Positions 45,990-55,075 of a stretch of 56,995 nt of DNA are shown piece after piece. This DNA is from Longimicrobiales bacterium (GTDB taxonomy: Bacteria; Gemmatimonadota; Gemmatimonadetes; Longimicrobiales; RSA9), in NCBI GenBank assembly GCA_039912685.1, contig JBDSPG010000045.1, positions 1-56,995 of the forward strand. Direction: 5' to 3'. The translations under genes were made by a program, and so were the position numbers. The notes beneath the pieces were generated by a model, which worked only from the letters and a program-made list of their open reading frames with translations, ran no database searches and was not told the origin of the DNA. How positions within the stretch are numbered: the first letter of the stretch is position 1; the number at the start of each line of letters is the position of its first letter.

Positions 45990-47009
45990 GTGAAAGTCAT
46001 CATCCCGCTGGCGGGCAAAGGCACCCGCCTCCGTCCTCATACCTACACCACGCCAAAACCCTTGCTCCGGGTGGGGGGCAAGCCCGTGATGAGCTATATC
46101 CTGGACGACCTGGCCGAGCTTGGTGTCGATGAGATCATTTTCATCACCGGCTACCTGAAGCAGAACATCGAGCAGTACGTGGCCAAGGCATACCCGCAGT
46201 TCAAGGTCCAGTATGTCGAGCAGCCCGTGCAGAACGGTACGGCGGGCGCTGTTTGGCATGCGCGCGAGTTCATCGACAGCGATGTCCTGATCATGTTCGT
46301 CGACACGCTCTTCGATGCGGATCTCACACTGATCAAGCGACTGCCCGCCGACAGTGCAGGCGTCATCTGGGCCAAAGAGGTCGAGGATTATCAGCGCTTC
46401 GGTGTCATTGTGCGCGATGCAGACAACAACATGAAGCGCATCGTGGAGAAGCCGACGGATGCCGTGTCGAAGCTCGCGAACATCGGGCTGTACTACATCA
46501 AGGACTGGCAGTTGCTGTTCAAGGGGATTGACGACGTGATGAGGGGGCCGGCCGGCAAGACGTCCGAGTACTACCTGACCGATGCATTCCAGTACATGGT
46601 GGACCACGGCGCGAAGATCAAGGTCGAGGAAGTCACGGGCTGGTATGACTGCGGTCAGCCGGACACGTGGCTGGAGACGAACCAGCATCTGCTCGAGAAC
46701 AAGGGTCGCGCACTCGCGCCGCAGGGCGGGCGCAACGTGAAGATCCACAAGCCGGTGCGTGTCTGTGAAGGCGTCACACTCGAGAATGTCGAGATCGGTC
46801 CGAACGTGACCATCGAAGAGGGCTCGGTGCTGCGCAACACGAAGGTGCGCAACTCGATCATTGGGATGAACGCTACGATCGATGGCGCGACGTTGCACGA
46901 TTCATTGATCGGTGACAACACAGTCATCCGCAACATCAGCGGTGTGGTCAGCCTCGGCGATCATTCAGAAGTTGATGGCGCGGCCGTGCAGCAGGGCGGA
47001 ACAGCGTAG
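45990..47009 (+). CDS. Sugar-phosphate nucleotidyltransferase with C-terminal left-handed beta-helix
   Basis: VKVIIPLAGKGTRLRP (GxGTRL) N-terminus, from GTG 45990 (alternative ATG 45921). C-terminal hexapeptide-like repeats (VEIGPNVTIEEGSVLRNTKVRNSIIGMNATIDGATLHDSLIGDN). Confidence 0.8.
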   Translation: MKVIIPLAGKGTRLRPHTYTTPKPLLRVGGKPVMSYILDDLAELGVDEIIFITGYLKQNIEQYVAKAYPQFKVQYVEQPVQNGTAGAVWHAREFIDSDVLIMFVDTLFDADLTLIKRLPADSAGVIWAKEVEDYQRFGVIVRDADNNMKRIVEKPTDAVSKLANIGLYYIKDWQLLFKGIDDVMRGPAGKTSEYYLTDAFQYMVDHGAKIKVEEVTGWYDCGQPDTWLETNQHLLENKGRALAPQGGRNVKIHKPVRVCEGVTLENVEIGPNVTIEEGSVLRNTKVRNSIIGMNATIDGATLHDSLIGDNTVIRNISGVVSLGDHSEVDGAAVQQGGTA

Positions 47010-47012
47010 CAC

Positions 47013-48200
47013 TCAGTCGAAGACGGCGCCTGTGACTGCGAGTGTAAGCAGGAGCAGGCGCCGTATTCCCGCCGTTCCATTCTCATTGTCGAACCACTCA
47101 TCTGTCGTGTGCATGCCACCCGCATTACCGCCGGCACCCACTGCGATCGACGGTATGCCCAGCGACATCGGCACATTCGCATCGGTGGACGAACTCACCA
47201 GTTCCGGTTTGATGCCACAACGCTCCGTCGCCATTACGGCATGACGCACGACATCGGCATCCACGGGCGTCATGCCGCCCGGACGATCACCGATAGTGGT
47301 AATCTCATAGTGCAGCGGCGCCGTGCCATCGCGGCGTGCTGCGTTCGCACCAGCCACGGCAGTCGCAACCGCTGTGCGCGTTGCAGTCTCGATGCGTCCG
47401 GTCTCAGCGCCTTCCTCACTCCGAATATCGATCTCCACCCACGCCTGCTGCGGTATCACGTTGATGCCCGTACCGCCTTCGACGCGGCCTGCACTGAAGG
47501 AAGACCGCGGATACTGCGCGAGCGCTGCCGCGTTGGCGAGCGCCGACGCGAGCGCGTGAATCGGATGGGCGGAGCCGCGGTCGATCCATGAATGACCGCC
47601 CGGACCATCGATTGACACGCGCAGGCGGCGCGATCCCACGGCGCGGTGCACGATGCGGTCAATCCCCGCACCGTCGACTGCCACGAATGCGGCTGCTGTG
47701 ACGTCGCCCGAAAAAAGTTGTTTCACTCCGCGCAGATCACCGGCGCCCTCTTCACCGACAGTCCCGACAAACCAGATCGGGTGACGAGTCACGATGCCGG
47801 CGGTGTGCAATGCACTGGCGAGGCGAATGAGCGCAGCCTGGCCGCGGCCGTTGTCCGAGATGCCCGGCGCACAAATCCGCGGACCATGATGCATGACATC
47901 CAGTGCCGTGTCCGCCGCGAACACCGTGTCCATGTGTGACGCGAGGATGACGGGCGGCAAGGTGGCGTCCTGGCCGGTACGCGTGGCGATCACGTTCCCG
48001 ACGGGGTCAGGCGGCGAGACCGTCAGACCCTGTGCACGCAGGCGCTCCGAGAGCCAGACGCCCCGCGGACCTTCCGCGCCGGATGGCGCCGCGATCCGAG
48101 TGACCGCGATCATATCGGCTACCGTTTCGGCGTCGCTGGCATCGATGTGTGCGATCGCCGCGGTGACGCGGGGGTGCAACGCCATTTCCGTCATTTCCAT
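47013..48200 (-). CDS. M20-family metallopeptidase (peptidase T / tripeptidase-like)
   Basis: ILASHMDTVF, DNGRG, GTVGEEGAGDLRG. Start uncertain (ATG 48200, 48194 or 48185; the longest ORF starts with TTG 48272). Confidence 0.78.
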   Translation of the reverse strand: MEMTEMALHPRVTAAIAHIDASDAETVADMIAVTRIAAPSGAEGPRGVWLSERLRAQGLTVSPPDPVGNVIATRTGQDATLPPVILASHMDTVFAADTALDVMHHGPRICAPGISDNGRGQAALIRLASALHTAGIVTRHPIWFVGTVGEEGAGDLRGVKQLFSGDVTAAAFVAVDGAGIDRIVHRAVGSRRLRVSIDGPGGHSWIDRGSAHPIHALASALANAAALAQYPRSSFSAGRVEGGTGINVIPQQAWVEIDIRSEEGAETGRIETATRTAVATAVAGANAARRDGTAPLHYEITTIGDRPGGMTPVDADVVRHAVMATERCGIKPELVSSSTDANVPMSLGIPSIAVGAGGNAGGMHTTDEWFDNENGTAGIRRLLLLTLAVTGAVFD

Positions 48201-48289
48201 CCAATCCTCCAGCCCGGCCTGTCCATGCGTTGACAACGCGGCTTCACGCCGGTCATTTTCGTTGGAATCCAAGGAAAGCGCGAGGGGCC

Positions 48290-49546
48290 ATGCAGGAGAA
48301 GGACCTGATCTACGACTGGAATTCAGCGGGCGACGCCGTCGATTACCGCTCCCTGAAGACCGTGGAACTCGATGATGAAACTCTGCGGGACGGACTCCAG
48401 TGTCCTTCCGTCAAGGACCCGACAATCGGTGACAAGATCGAGATCCTCCACCTCATGGCGGAGCTCGGTATTCACACGGCGAATATCGGACTGCCCGGCG
48501 CGGGTCCGCGTGCGGCCGATGATGTGCGCGCGCTCGCGCGGGAGATTGCAAGCGCGAGGATGCCGATCGGCGCGAACTGTGCGGCGCGCACCGTACGCGC
48601 GGACATCGAGCCGATCGCGCGCATCACGCAGGAAACCGGTGTTGCGATCGAGGCGTGCACATTCATCGGTTCCTCACCGATCCGTCAGTACGCGGAAGAC
48701 TGGACCATCGACCGCATGCTCGCCGCTGTCGAGGATGGCGTCAGCTTCGCTGTGTCAGAGGGCCTGAACGTCATGATGGTGACGGAGGACACGACGCGTG
48801 CGCGGCCGGAAACATTGCAGCGGCTGTACGGCCTCGCGATCGACCTCGGCGCGAAGCGCATCTGCCTTGCCGATACGGTGGGACACGCAACGCCGCAGGG
48901 CGTGAAGCAGCTCGTCAGGTTCGTCCGCGATGAGATCGTGGAGCCGTCAGGGAAGGACATCAAGATCGACTGGCACGGACATCGCGACCGCGGGTTCGGG
49001 CTCGCCAACACGTTTGCAGCGATCGAGGCTGGCGTCGATCGGGTGCATGCGACTGCACTCGGCATCGGCGAACGCATCGGAAATACCGAGATGGATCTGC
49101 TGCTCGTAAACCTCAGCCTGCTCGGCATGCATGACCGCGATCTGCTCCGGCTCGGTGATTACGTCCATGCTGTGGCGAAGGCTACGGGCGTTGAGATTCC
49201 GCCCGGCTACCCGGTGTTCGGCGATGATGCATTCCGCACCGGCACCGGTGTACACGCCGCAGCGATCATCAAGGCACAGATCAAGGGTGACACCTGGCTC
49301 GCGGATCGCGTCTACTCCAGCATTCCCGCATCCGAGCTCGGACTGAAACAGCGCATCGACATCAGTCACGTGAGCGGCATGTCAAACGTGAAGTTCTGGC
49401 TCACAGAACACGGCTATGACGCGACGAACGACGCGTTGTGCCAGCACATATTCGGACTCGCAAAGACTACATCGCGCGTACTGCTCGACGAGGAGCTGCA
49501 CGCCGCATGTCGCTCGTTTTCTCAGGGAGTGGAGACCAACGCATGA
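48290..49546 (+). CDS. 2-isopropylmalate/homocitrate/citramalate synthase-family (DRE-TIM) enzyme lacking the LeuA regulatory domain
   Basis: ATG 48290. DETLRDGLQ, ICLADTVGHATP, WHGHRDRGFGLANTFAAIEAG, GIGERIGN. Confidence 0.8.
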   Translation: MQEKDLIYDWNSAGDAVDYRSLKTVELDDETLRDGLQCPSVKDPTIGDKIEILHLMAELGIHTANIGLPGAGPRAADDVRALAREIASARMPIGANCAARTVRADIEPIARITQETGVAIEACTFIGSSPIRQYAEDWTIDRMLAAVEDGVSFAVSEGLNVMMVTEDTTRARPETLQRLYGLAIDLGAKRICLADTVGHATPQGVKQLVRFVRDEIVEPSGKDIKIDWHGHRDRGFGLANTFAAIEAGVDRVHATALGIGERIGNTEMDLLLVNLSLLGMHDRDLLRLGDYVHAVAKATGVEIPPGYPVFGDDAFRTGTGVHAAAIIKAQIKGDTWLADRVYSSIPASELGLKQRIDISHVSGMSNVKFWLTEHGYDATNDALCQHIFGLAKTTSRVLLDEELHAACRSFSQGVETNA

Positions 49547-49950
49547 AGTACTGGGCATTTCTCGCCGACCCCGAAGACTTCGGTTGGAACGAAATGGAGA
49601 AGGACGGCAGCGCTGTGTGGGATGGTGTCAAGAATGCCGTCGCTCAACGCAACCTGCGCACGTGCGAAAAAGGTGATCGTATTGCGATCTATCATACGTC
49701 GCCTGACAAAGCGTTGATCGGCATTGCAAAGATCACAGGTGTAGCACGGCCTGATCCGAAGGCGGCGGAACGTGTTGTGGTTGATGTCGAGCCGGTGAAG
49801 AAGCTGAAGCGCGCGCTACCGCTCGCGGAAATGAAAGCCGATGATGTGCTCGCGGGAATGTCATTCGTGAAAATGCCGCGCGTCGCTGTGCAGCCTCTTA
49901 CAGCTGCACAGTGGACACGCATCCTTGAGCTGACCGGAACGAAAGGCTAG
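49543..49950 (+). CDS. EVE (PUA-like, DUF55) domain protein
   Basis: ATG 49543 (ATGA overlap). MKYWAFLADPEDF...AVWDGVKNAVAQRNLRTCEKGDRIAIYHTSPDKALIGIAKI matches the EVE-domain N-terminal pattern. Confidence 0.7.
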   Translation: MKYWAFLADPEDFGWNEMEKDGSAVWDGVKNAVAQRNLRTCEKGDRIAIYHTSPDKALIGIAKITGVARPDPKAAERVVVDVEPVKKLKRALPLAEMKADDVLAGMSFVKMPRVAVQPLTAAQWTRILELTGTKG

Positions 49951-50336
49951 CCGTTGCGCCGAATCATCGGCGGGTAGCCGTCGATCAGTCGCTGTACGAG
50001 GTCGGGGAGTGCGCAGATGTCGATCGGCTTCTGCAGGTACGCATCCGCGCCCGCATCCTTCCAGGCAACATCCGACTCATCGAACGAGCTCACCAGGACT
50101 ACCGGAACGTCCTTCAGCGCGGGGTCTGAGCGCACGGCCCGCGCGACTTCCTGACCGTGCAACAACGGCATCAGCACGTCCAGAACGACCGCGTCCGGAC
50201 GAACCTCGCGGATACGTTCCAGGGCGTCACGTCCATCGTACGCGCTGTACACTTCGAACCCTTTATGATCAAGCATGTAGGCGAGAAGCTCAGCCGTCAT
50301 CGGCTCGTCATCCGCCACCAGCACCCGCTTTTTCAT
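49947..50336 (-). CDS. Single-domain CheY-like response regulator receiver
   Basis: ATG 50336 (MKKRVLVADDEP...). DAVVLDVLMPLLHG, VPVVLVSS, YLQKP. The stop overlaps the EVE stop by 4 nt (convergent). Confidence 0.85.
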   Translation of the reverse strand: MKKRVLVADDEPMTAELLAYMLDHKGFEVYSAYDGRDALERIREVRPDAVVLDVLMPLLHGQEVARAVRSDPALKDVPVVLVSSFDESDVAWKDAGADAYLQKPIDICALPDLVQRLIDGYPPMIRRNG

Positions 50337-50466
50337 CTCGAACAACCTCCCCAGCGCACACTGCCGCCGGGCAACAAGGACGGCACTCTCTGGCCGTCTC
50401 CAGGTCGTTACAAATAGGCATCTTACGTGCCAATCCGGCCGAGAATGTCCTCTTCGGGGCGTCGGG

Positions 50467-51789
50467 TCAGCCGGTCAAGTGGAAGAAGACATTTGCGACG
50501 GAGAAGTACAAAACGACGCCGGTGGCGTCCATGATCGTGGCGACCATGGGGCCGGAAGCGGAGGCAGGGTCGAGGCCGAAGCGGCGGAGGACGAAGGGAA
50601 GCATGGAGCCGATGAGGCTTCCGACAAGCACGACGGCGGTCACGCTGATGGAAACAGTCAGTGCGAAGTCGGTGAAGTCCTGTAGGACATCGAAGTGGAG
50701 CCAATGTCCGATGAGGACGCGGGCGGTGCCAATGGAGGCGAGGATGGCGCCGAGAGCGAGGCCCATGGCGATTTCGCGGCGAGCGACGCGCCACCAGTCG
50801 CGGAGTCGGACTTCACCCAGCGTCATGGCGCGGATGACCAGCGTGGAGGCCTGAGAGCCCGAGTTTCCGCCGCAGCTGATGACCAGTGGCAGGAACGCGA
50901 TGAGCCCGGCGACCTTACCGAAGTCAGCTTCGAATCCGCTGAGCACGCGGACCGTGATGAGTCCGCAGACAAAGAGGATGATGAGCCACACGACGCGTTT
51001 GCGGAGGAGCAGTCCGAAGGCGATGCGCAGGTACGGCTCATCGAGCACCTCCATACCGCCGTACTTCTGGATGTCCTCGGTGGCTTCTTCCTCGACAACG
51101 TCAACAATGTCGTCGACAGTAATGAGGCCCTGCATGCGGCCCTGTTCATCGACAACCGGGAGCGCAATGACATCCTGCTCGGCGAAAATTCGAGCTACGG
51201 CTTCCTGGTCCATCTCCTCGGGCACCGTAATGATGTCGGTCTCCATGACATCACGGACGAAGCGGTCACCGGGTGCAGCGAAGAGCTCGCGGAAGGTTGC
51301 AATACCGAGCAGCCTCTGCTGCGCATCGAGAACGTAGACGTAATAGATGGTCTCGATCTGGAGTGCGCTGCTGGCCTGCCGGCGGAGGTAGCTGATGGCT
51401 TCGTCCGCGGTCATGTCGGGGCGCACGCGTGCGAAGCGCGAGCTCATGAGGCCGCCGGCCTCGTCCTCCTCATACGCCATCAGCGCGGATACTTCCTTGC
51501 GCGTAGCGGAGTCGAGGACGGCGAGAAGTGCATTGCGGTCTTCGTCCTCCTCGGTCTCCTGGATGACGTCGGCGGCGTCATCGGGGGCAAGGAGTCGGAG
51601 CCAGAGTCGGCGCTCGGCAGTGGTCATGAGCAGGAGCAGGTCGGCTTGGTCCCGCGGCGCCAGGTCGAAGAAGAACTCCTCGCCATCCTCCGCATCGAGC
51701 CTGCGGAACTCGGCGACACGCGCATCGTTCGCGATCTGCCACCAGGCCTCTCGCAATCCGACGGGGTCGTTGATCCGGATTTCCTGCAT
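50467..51789 (-). CDS. mgtE: Magnesium transporter MgtE
   Basis: 440 aa. MgtE N-domain, tandem CBS, TM domain with GGNSGSQAST and LDPASASGPMVATIMDATGVVLYF. Confidence 0.92.
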   Translation of the reverse strand: MQEIRINDPVGLREAWWQIANDARVAEFRRLDAEDGEEFFFDLAPRDQADLLLLMTTAERRLWLRLLAPDDAADVIQETEEDEDRNALLAVLDSATRKEVSALMAYEEDEAGGLMSSRFARVRPDMTADEAISYLRRQASSALQIETIYYVYVLDAQQRLLGIATFRELFAAPGDRFVRDVMETDIITVPEEMDQEAVARIFAEQDVIALPVVDEQGRMQGLITVDDIVDVVEEEATEDIQKYGGMEVLDEPYLRIAFGLLLRKRVVWLIILFVCGLITVRVLSGFEADFGKVAGLIAFLPLVISCGGNSGSQASTLVIRAMTLGEVRLRDWWRVARREIAMGLALGAILASIGTARVLIGHWLHFDVLQDFTDFALTVSISVTAVVLVGSLIGSMLPFVLRRFGLDPASASGPMVATIMDATGVVLYFSVANVFFHLTG

Positions 51790-51962
51790 GCGGTGCCTCG
51801 GGTGAGAAATGGCTGGCCGATTCTAGCGGAGCATGTCGGCGTGAGCAAGCATTCTTGAGTGCGACAGAATGGCGGCGAGGACGGTACGATCGGTTCGGCC
51901 CGATCATTGCCCGGGATGGGCGCCACAAGTTCGTTTCCCTAGCAACGGTCGATAAACAGGCA

Positions 51963-53492
51963 GTGAACGAAACCTTCCCCATTCGTGTAGCCGCGATCGA
52001 TGTAGGGTCGAATGGCATCCGGTTTCAGGCCGCCGAGTTCCTGCAGCCTGAGCACTACACCACGCTGGAGCAGGTGCGCACACCCGTGCGTCTCGGCCAA
52101 TCAGCCTTCAAGGAAGGCAAGCTCGACAAGGACACGATGGATGCTGCCGTAAATGCGATCGTCGGGTACGCGGAGCGTGCCGCGACGCTGAACATCCAGG
52201 CAATCCGTGCAGTGGCAACCAGCGCAGTTCGCGACAGCTCGAACGGTCGCGAGTTCATTGAACGTGTCAAACGCGAGACAGGTATCCGACTCGAGACGAT
52301 TTCCGGCGCAGAAGAGATGCGGCTGGTTCACCTTGCAGTGCGCAGCCGGATCGACTTGCGCAAGGGCCACTGGGTCATTGCCGATCTCGGCGGTGGCAGC
52401 TGCGAGACCGCAGTCGTCGATGACAAGACCGTGCGCGACACAGTATCGCATGCAATCGGAACCGTGCGACTGCTCCAGGAGCTCGGTGGCAGCGATGCCG
52501 ACGAAGAGTTCGAGCAACGCGTCGAGGAGTACGTGAACGCGGTCCGGCTCCCGATCCGCCAGAAGGCAGCCGGCTTCGTGGCAACCGGCGGTAACATCGA
52601 GGCGCTCTCCAAACTCGCCGCGGCCGACGCCGATGATGACGGCGTGTCGGTGATTCCTCTAAACGTGCTCCGCTCCATACGCAAGCGGTTGTCGCGCCTC
52701 ACGTTCGAGGAGCGGGTCGCAAACCTCGACCTGCGCGAAGACCGCGCGGACGTAATCATTCCGGCAGCGATCGTGTACGAACGCATCTGCGTGAAGAGCG
52801 GCGTTGACCGGATCCACGTTCCCAATGTCGGAGTGAAGGATGGGATCCTCCTAGACCTCGTGGATGACATGATCGAGCATGTGCCGCACGCGAAGCGGCA
52901 GGAGCAGGTTATCGCGAGCGCGGCGCTCGCAATTGGCAAGCGATATGGCTTCGAGTCGCCGCATGCCCGCCAGGTTTCGCGGCTCGCGCTGTCGCTCTTC
53001 GACCAGCTCGCGGGTCTGCACGGCTTGGGTGAGACCGAACGGCGGATTCTGCTGGCGGCCTCGCTGCTGCACGATGTCGGAGCGTTCATCAACCAGGAGA
53101 AGCATCACAAGCACTCATACTACATCATTACGCAGACGGAAATTCCGGGCATTGACGCTGACGAGCTGGAGATCGTGGCGCAGGTCGCGCGCTACCACCG
53201 GAAGGGAGAGCCCGCATTGCATCACGACCCATACGTCGACTTGTCTGCAGGGGATCGCATGCGCGTGTGCCGGCTCGCTGCAATCCTGCGCGTTGCGGAC
53301 GCGCTCGACCGCGAGCACCGCCAGGCAGTCAGGACGGTTGAAGTGAAAATTGGCGATGACGCCGTCATCCTCGAGATCACAGGCAAAGGCGACCTGTCAC
53401 TCGAGCGGTGGGCACTGGACAAGAAGGGGAAGATGTTCGAGCGCATCTACGAGCGTGCATTGCACGCGCGCCGGACCGGAAGCCGCAAATGA
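51963..53492 (+). CDS. ppx: Exopolyphosphatase / guanosine pentaphosphate phosphohydrolase (Ppx/GppA) with C-terminal HD domain
   Basis: IRVAAIDVGSNGIRF, ADLGGGS, and the HD region LLHDVGAFINQEKHHKHSYYII. Start uncertain: GTG 51963 is preferred and the track start 51855 is TTG. Confidence 0.85.
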   Translation: MNETFPIRVAAIDVGSNGIRFQAAEFLQPEHYTTLEQVRTPVRLGQSAFKEGKLDKDTMDAAVNAIVGYAERAATLNIQAIRAVATSAVRDSSNGREFIERVKRETGIRLETISGAEEMRLVHLAVRSRIDLRKGHWVIADLGGGSCETAVVDDKTVRDTVSHAIGTVRLLQELGGSDADEEFEQRVEEYVNAVRLPIRQKAAGFVATGGNIEALSKLAAADADDDGVSVIPLNVLRSIRKRLSRLTFEERVANLDLREDRADVIIPAAIVYERICVKSGVDRIHVPNVGVKDGILLDLVDDMIEHVPHAKRQEQVIASAALAIGKRYGFESPHARQVSRLALSLFDQLAGLHGLGETERRILLAASLLHDVGAFINQEKHHKHSYYIITQTEIPGIDADELEIVAQVARYHRKGEPALHHDPYVDLSAGDRMRVCRLAAILRVADALDREHRQAVRTVEVKIGDDAVILEITGKGDLSLERWALDKKGKMFERIYERALHARRTGSRK

Positions 53493-54163
53493 ATCAAACA
53501 GATGATGGACTGCTGATCGCCGTCGAGGGGCTCGACGGATCCGGCAAGTCGACACAGGTGCACCTGCTGCATCAATGGCTCGCAGGACTCAAGTTGCGGG
53601 TGCACTTCACGGAGTGGAACTCGAGCTCACTCGTGCGCGGAGCGACGAAGCGCGGCAAGAAGCAGCAGCTGCTCACACCCACGACGTTCAGCATGATTCA
53701 CGCAACGGACTTCGCGGATCGCTACGAACGGCAGATCCTGCCGATGCTGCGCGGCGGATACATTGTGCTGTGCGACCGTTACATCTTCACGTCATTTGCG
53801 CGTGACGCCGTGCGTGGATGTGACCCTGAGTGGCTTCGTAATGTGTATGGGTTTGCCCGCGTGCCCGATGTCACGCTCTACTTCCGTCTTCCTCTCGAGA
53901 TCGCGCTCAACCGCATTCTCGAGGGACGACCACGCCTGAAGTACTTCGAGGCAGGGATGGATCTCAACCTCTCGCCCGACATAACGGAAAGCTTCCGCAT
54001 GTTTCAGGGCCGCGTGCGCGATGAATACGAGAAGTTGTCTGCAGAATTCGGATTCCAGGCGCTCGATGCAACACGCGATGTCCACACGACGCAGAAACGC
54101 GTGCGTCAGCTGATCGGTGAGCGCATCGAGATGGCGCGCTACCGCTCGAGGGTGCCCCAATGA
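53489..54163 (+). CDS. Thymidylate-kinase-like P-loop kinase (intact Walker A)
   Basis: ATG 53489 (ATGA overlap with the ppx stop). IAVEGLDGSGKSTQ, DRYIFTSFARD; 224 aa. It lacks the canonical Tmk AYQ motif after DRY, so I do not give it the symbol tmk. Confidence 0.72.
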   Translation: MNQTDDGLLIAVEGLDGSGKSTQVHLLHQWLAGLKLRVHFTEWNSSSLVRGATKRGKKQQLLTPTTFSMIHATDFADRYERQILPMLRGGYIVLCDRYIFTSFARDAVRGCDPEWLRNVYGFARVPDVTLYFRLPLEIALNRILEGRPRLKYFEAGMDLNLSPDITESFRMFQGRVRDEYEKLSAEFGFQALDATRDVHTTQKRVRQLIGERIEMARYRSRVPQ

Positions 54164-55068
54164 TACGCAAACGCTGCTTCGGCCCACCGCCGCCAGAGCT
54201 CGACCTGGCATCGCTCAAGGGTCTCCTGCTCGTGCTGGAAGGGCCTGATTCTTCAGGACGGTCGAGCCAGATCGACCTGCTCGCGCAGTGGCTCGAGCAA
54301 CAGGGATTTCCCGTCGTCGTCGTCGGCCTCAAGCGTTCCGCGCTCGTAGGAAAGGAACTCGAGAAGGCGAAGGATGGGAATGTTCTGAGTCCGCGCACGA
54401 TGTCGCTTTTCTATGCGACAGATTTCTACGATCAGCTGGAAAACACGATCGTACCGGCGCTCCGTGCCGGCGCGGTGGTATTGGCAGACCGGTACATCTT
54501 CACGCCGATTGCGCGTGACATTGTGCGGGGTGCGGACCCGGACTGGCTGGATTCACTTTATTCCGGCGCCATCGTGCCTGATGCCGTGTTCTATCTACAG
54601 GTTTCGACGCGCATGCTGGTCGATCGTACGCTCACGTCACACGGTGGTCTGGACTACTGGGAGAGCGGCATGGACCTCGGCATGTCGCGCGACTGGTTCG
54701 GCAGCTTCCTGCACTACCAGCGGAGGTTGCGCGATCAGTTCAGAAAGTTGCACGACCGATACGAGTTCACACCAGTCAACGCGAATCGTACCATTCCAAC
54801 CATCCACGCCGAACTGCGCGAACGTGTGCGGCGTGTACTCATGATTCACTACCCCAATCACTCTTTCCGTGATGGAGCTCGCAATGGCAGCCCGAAAAAC
54901 AGCGAAGTCGAAAGCGGCGTCAAAGACGCCCGCGGCCCGCAAGCCAAAAAAGCCGGAAGCAAAAAAGCCGTCGTCAAAAAAGCCGTCGTCAAAAAAACCG
55001 CAGCCAGAAAAACCGGAAGCCCGGTCCGGAAAACGGCTGGCAACCGAGGCGGTCGCAGCGGCCGGTGA
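54160..55068 (+). CDS. Thymidylate-kinase-like paralog with degenerate Walker A and Lys-rich C-terminal tail
   Basis: ATG 54160 (ATGA overlap). LVLEGPDSSGRSSQ replaces GxxGxGKST; DRYIFTPIARD is shared with the upstream paralog. The tail ...AKKAGSKKAVVKKAVVKKTAARKTGS... is encoded by the 15-nt repeats. The extent of the 3' end is uncertain. Confidence 0.62.
   Translation: MIRKRCFGPPPPELDLASLKGLLLVLEGPDSSGRSSQIDLLAQWLEQQGFPVVVVGLKRSALVGKELEKAKDGNVLSPRTMSLFYATDFYDQLENTIVPALRAGAVVLADRYIFTPIARDIVRGADPDWLDSLYSGAIVPDAVFYLQVSTRMLVDRTLTSHGGLDYWESGMDLGMSRDWFGSFLHYQRRLRDQFRKLHDRYEFTPVNANRTIPTIHAELRERVRRVLMIHYPNHSFRDGARNGSPKNSEVESGVKDARGPQAKKAGSKKAVVKKAVVKKTAARKTGSPVRKTAGNRGGRSGR
54946..55020 (+). repeat. 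Five tandem imperfect 15-nt (5-codon) A-rich repeats
   Basis: AAAAAAGCCGGAAGC / AAAAAAGCCGTCGTC / AAAAAAGCCGTCGTC / AAAAAAACCGCAGCC / AGAAAAACCGGAAGC. Read directly from the sequence. Open in two forward frames. Confidence 0.9.
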
Positions 55069-55075
55069 GGCCGGC

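Noticed and set aside
45939-46898. 319-aa minus-strand ORF
   Set aside because: It is antisense to the nucleotidyltransferase gene (GxGTRL motif on the plus strand). It has no motifs and an Arg/His/Asp-rich composition.
50695-51858. 387-aa plus-strand acidic ORF
   Set aside because: It is antisense to mgtE. The extreme Asp/Glu/Gly content is the mirror image of MgtE codons.
51790-51962. M-box (Mg2+) riboswitch upstream of mgtE
   Set aside because: I expected one by analogy with some bacteria. The region upstream of the mgtE start is short and shows no M-box-like conserved segments or multi-stem structure that I could recognise.
52328-53092. 254-aa minus-strand ORF
   Set aside because: It is antisense to ppx/gppA and has a Ser/Arg-rich composition.
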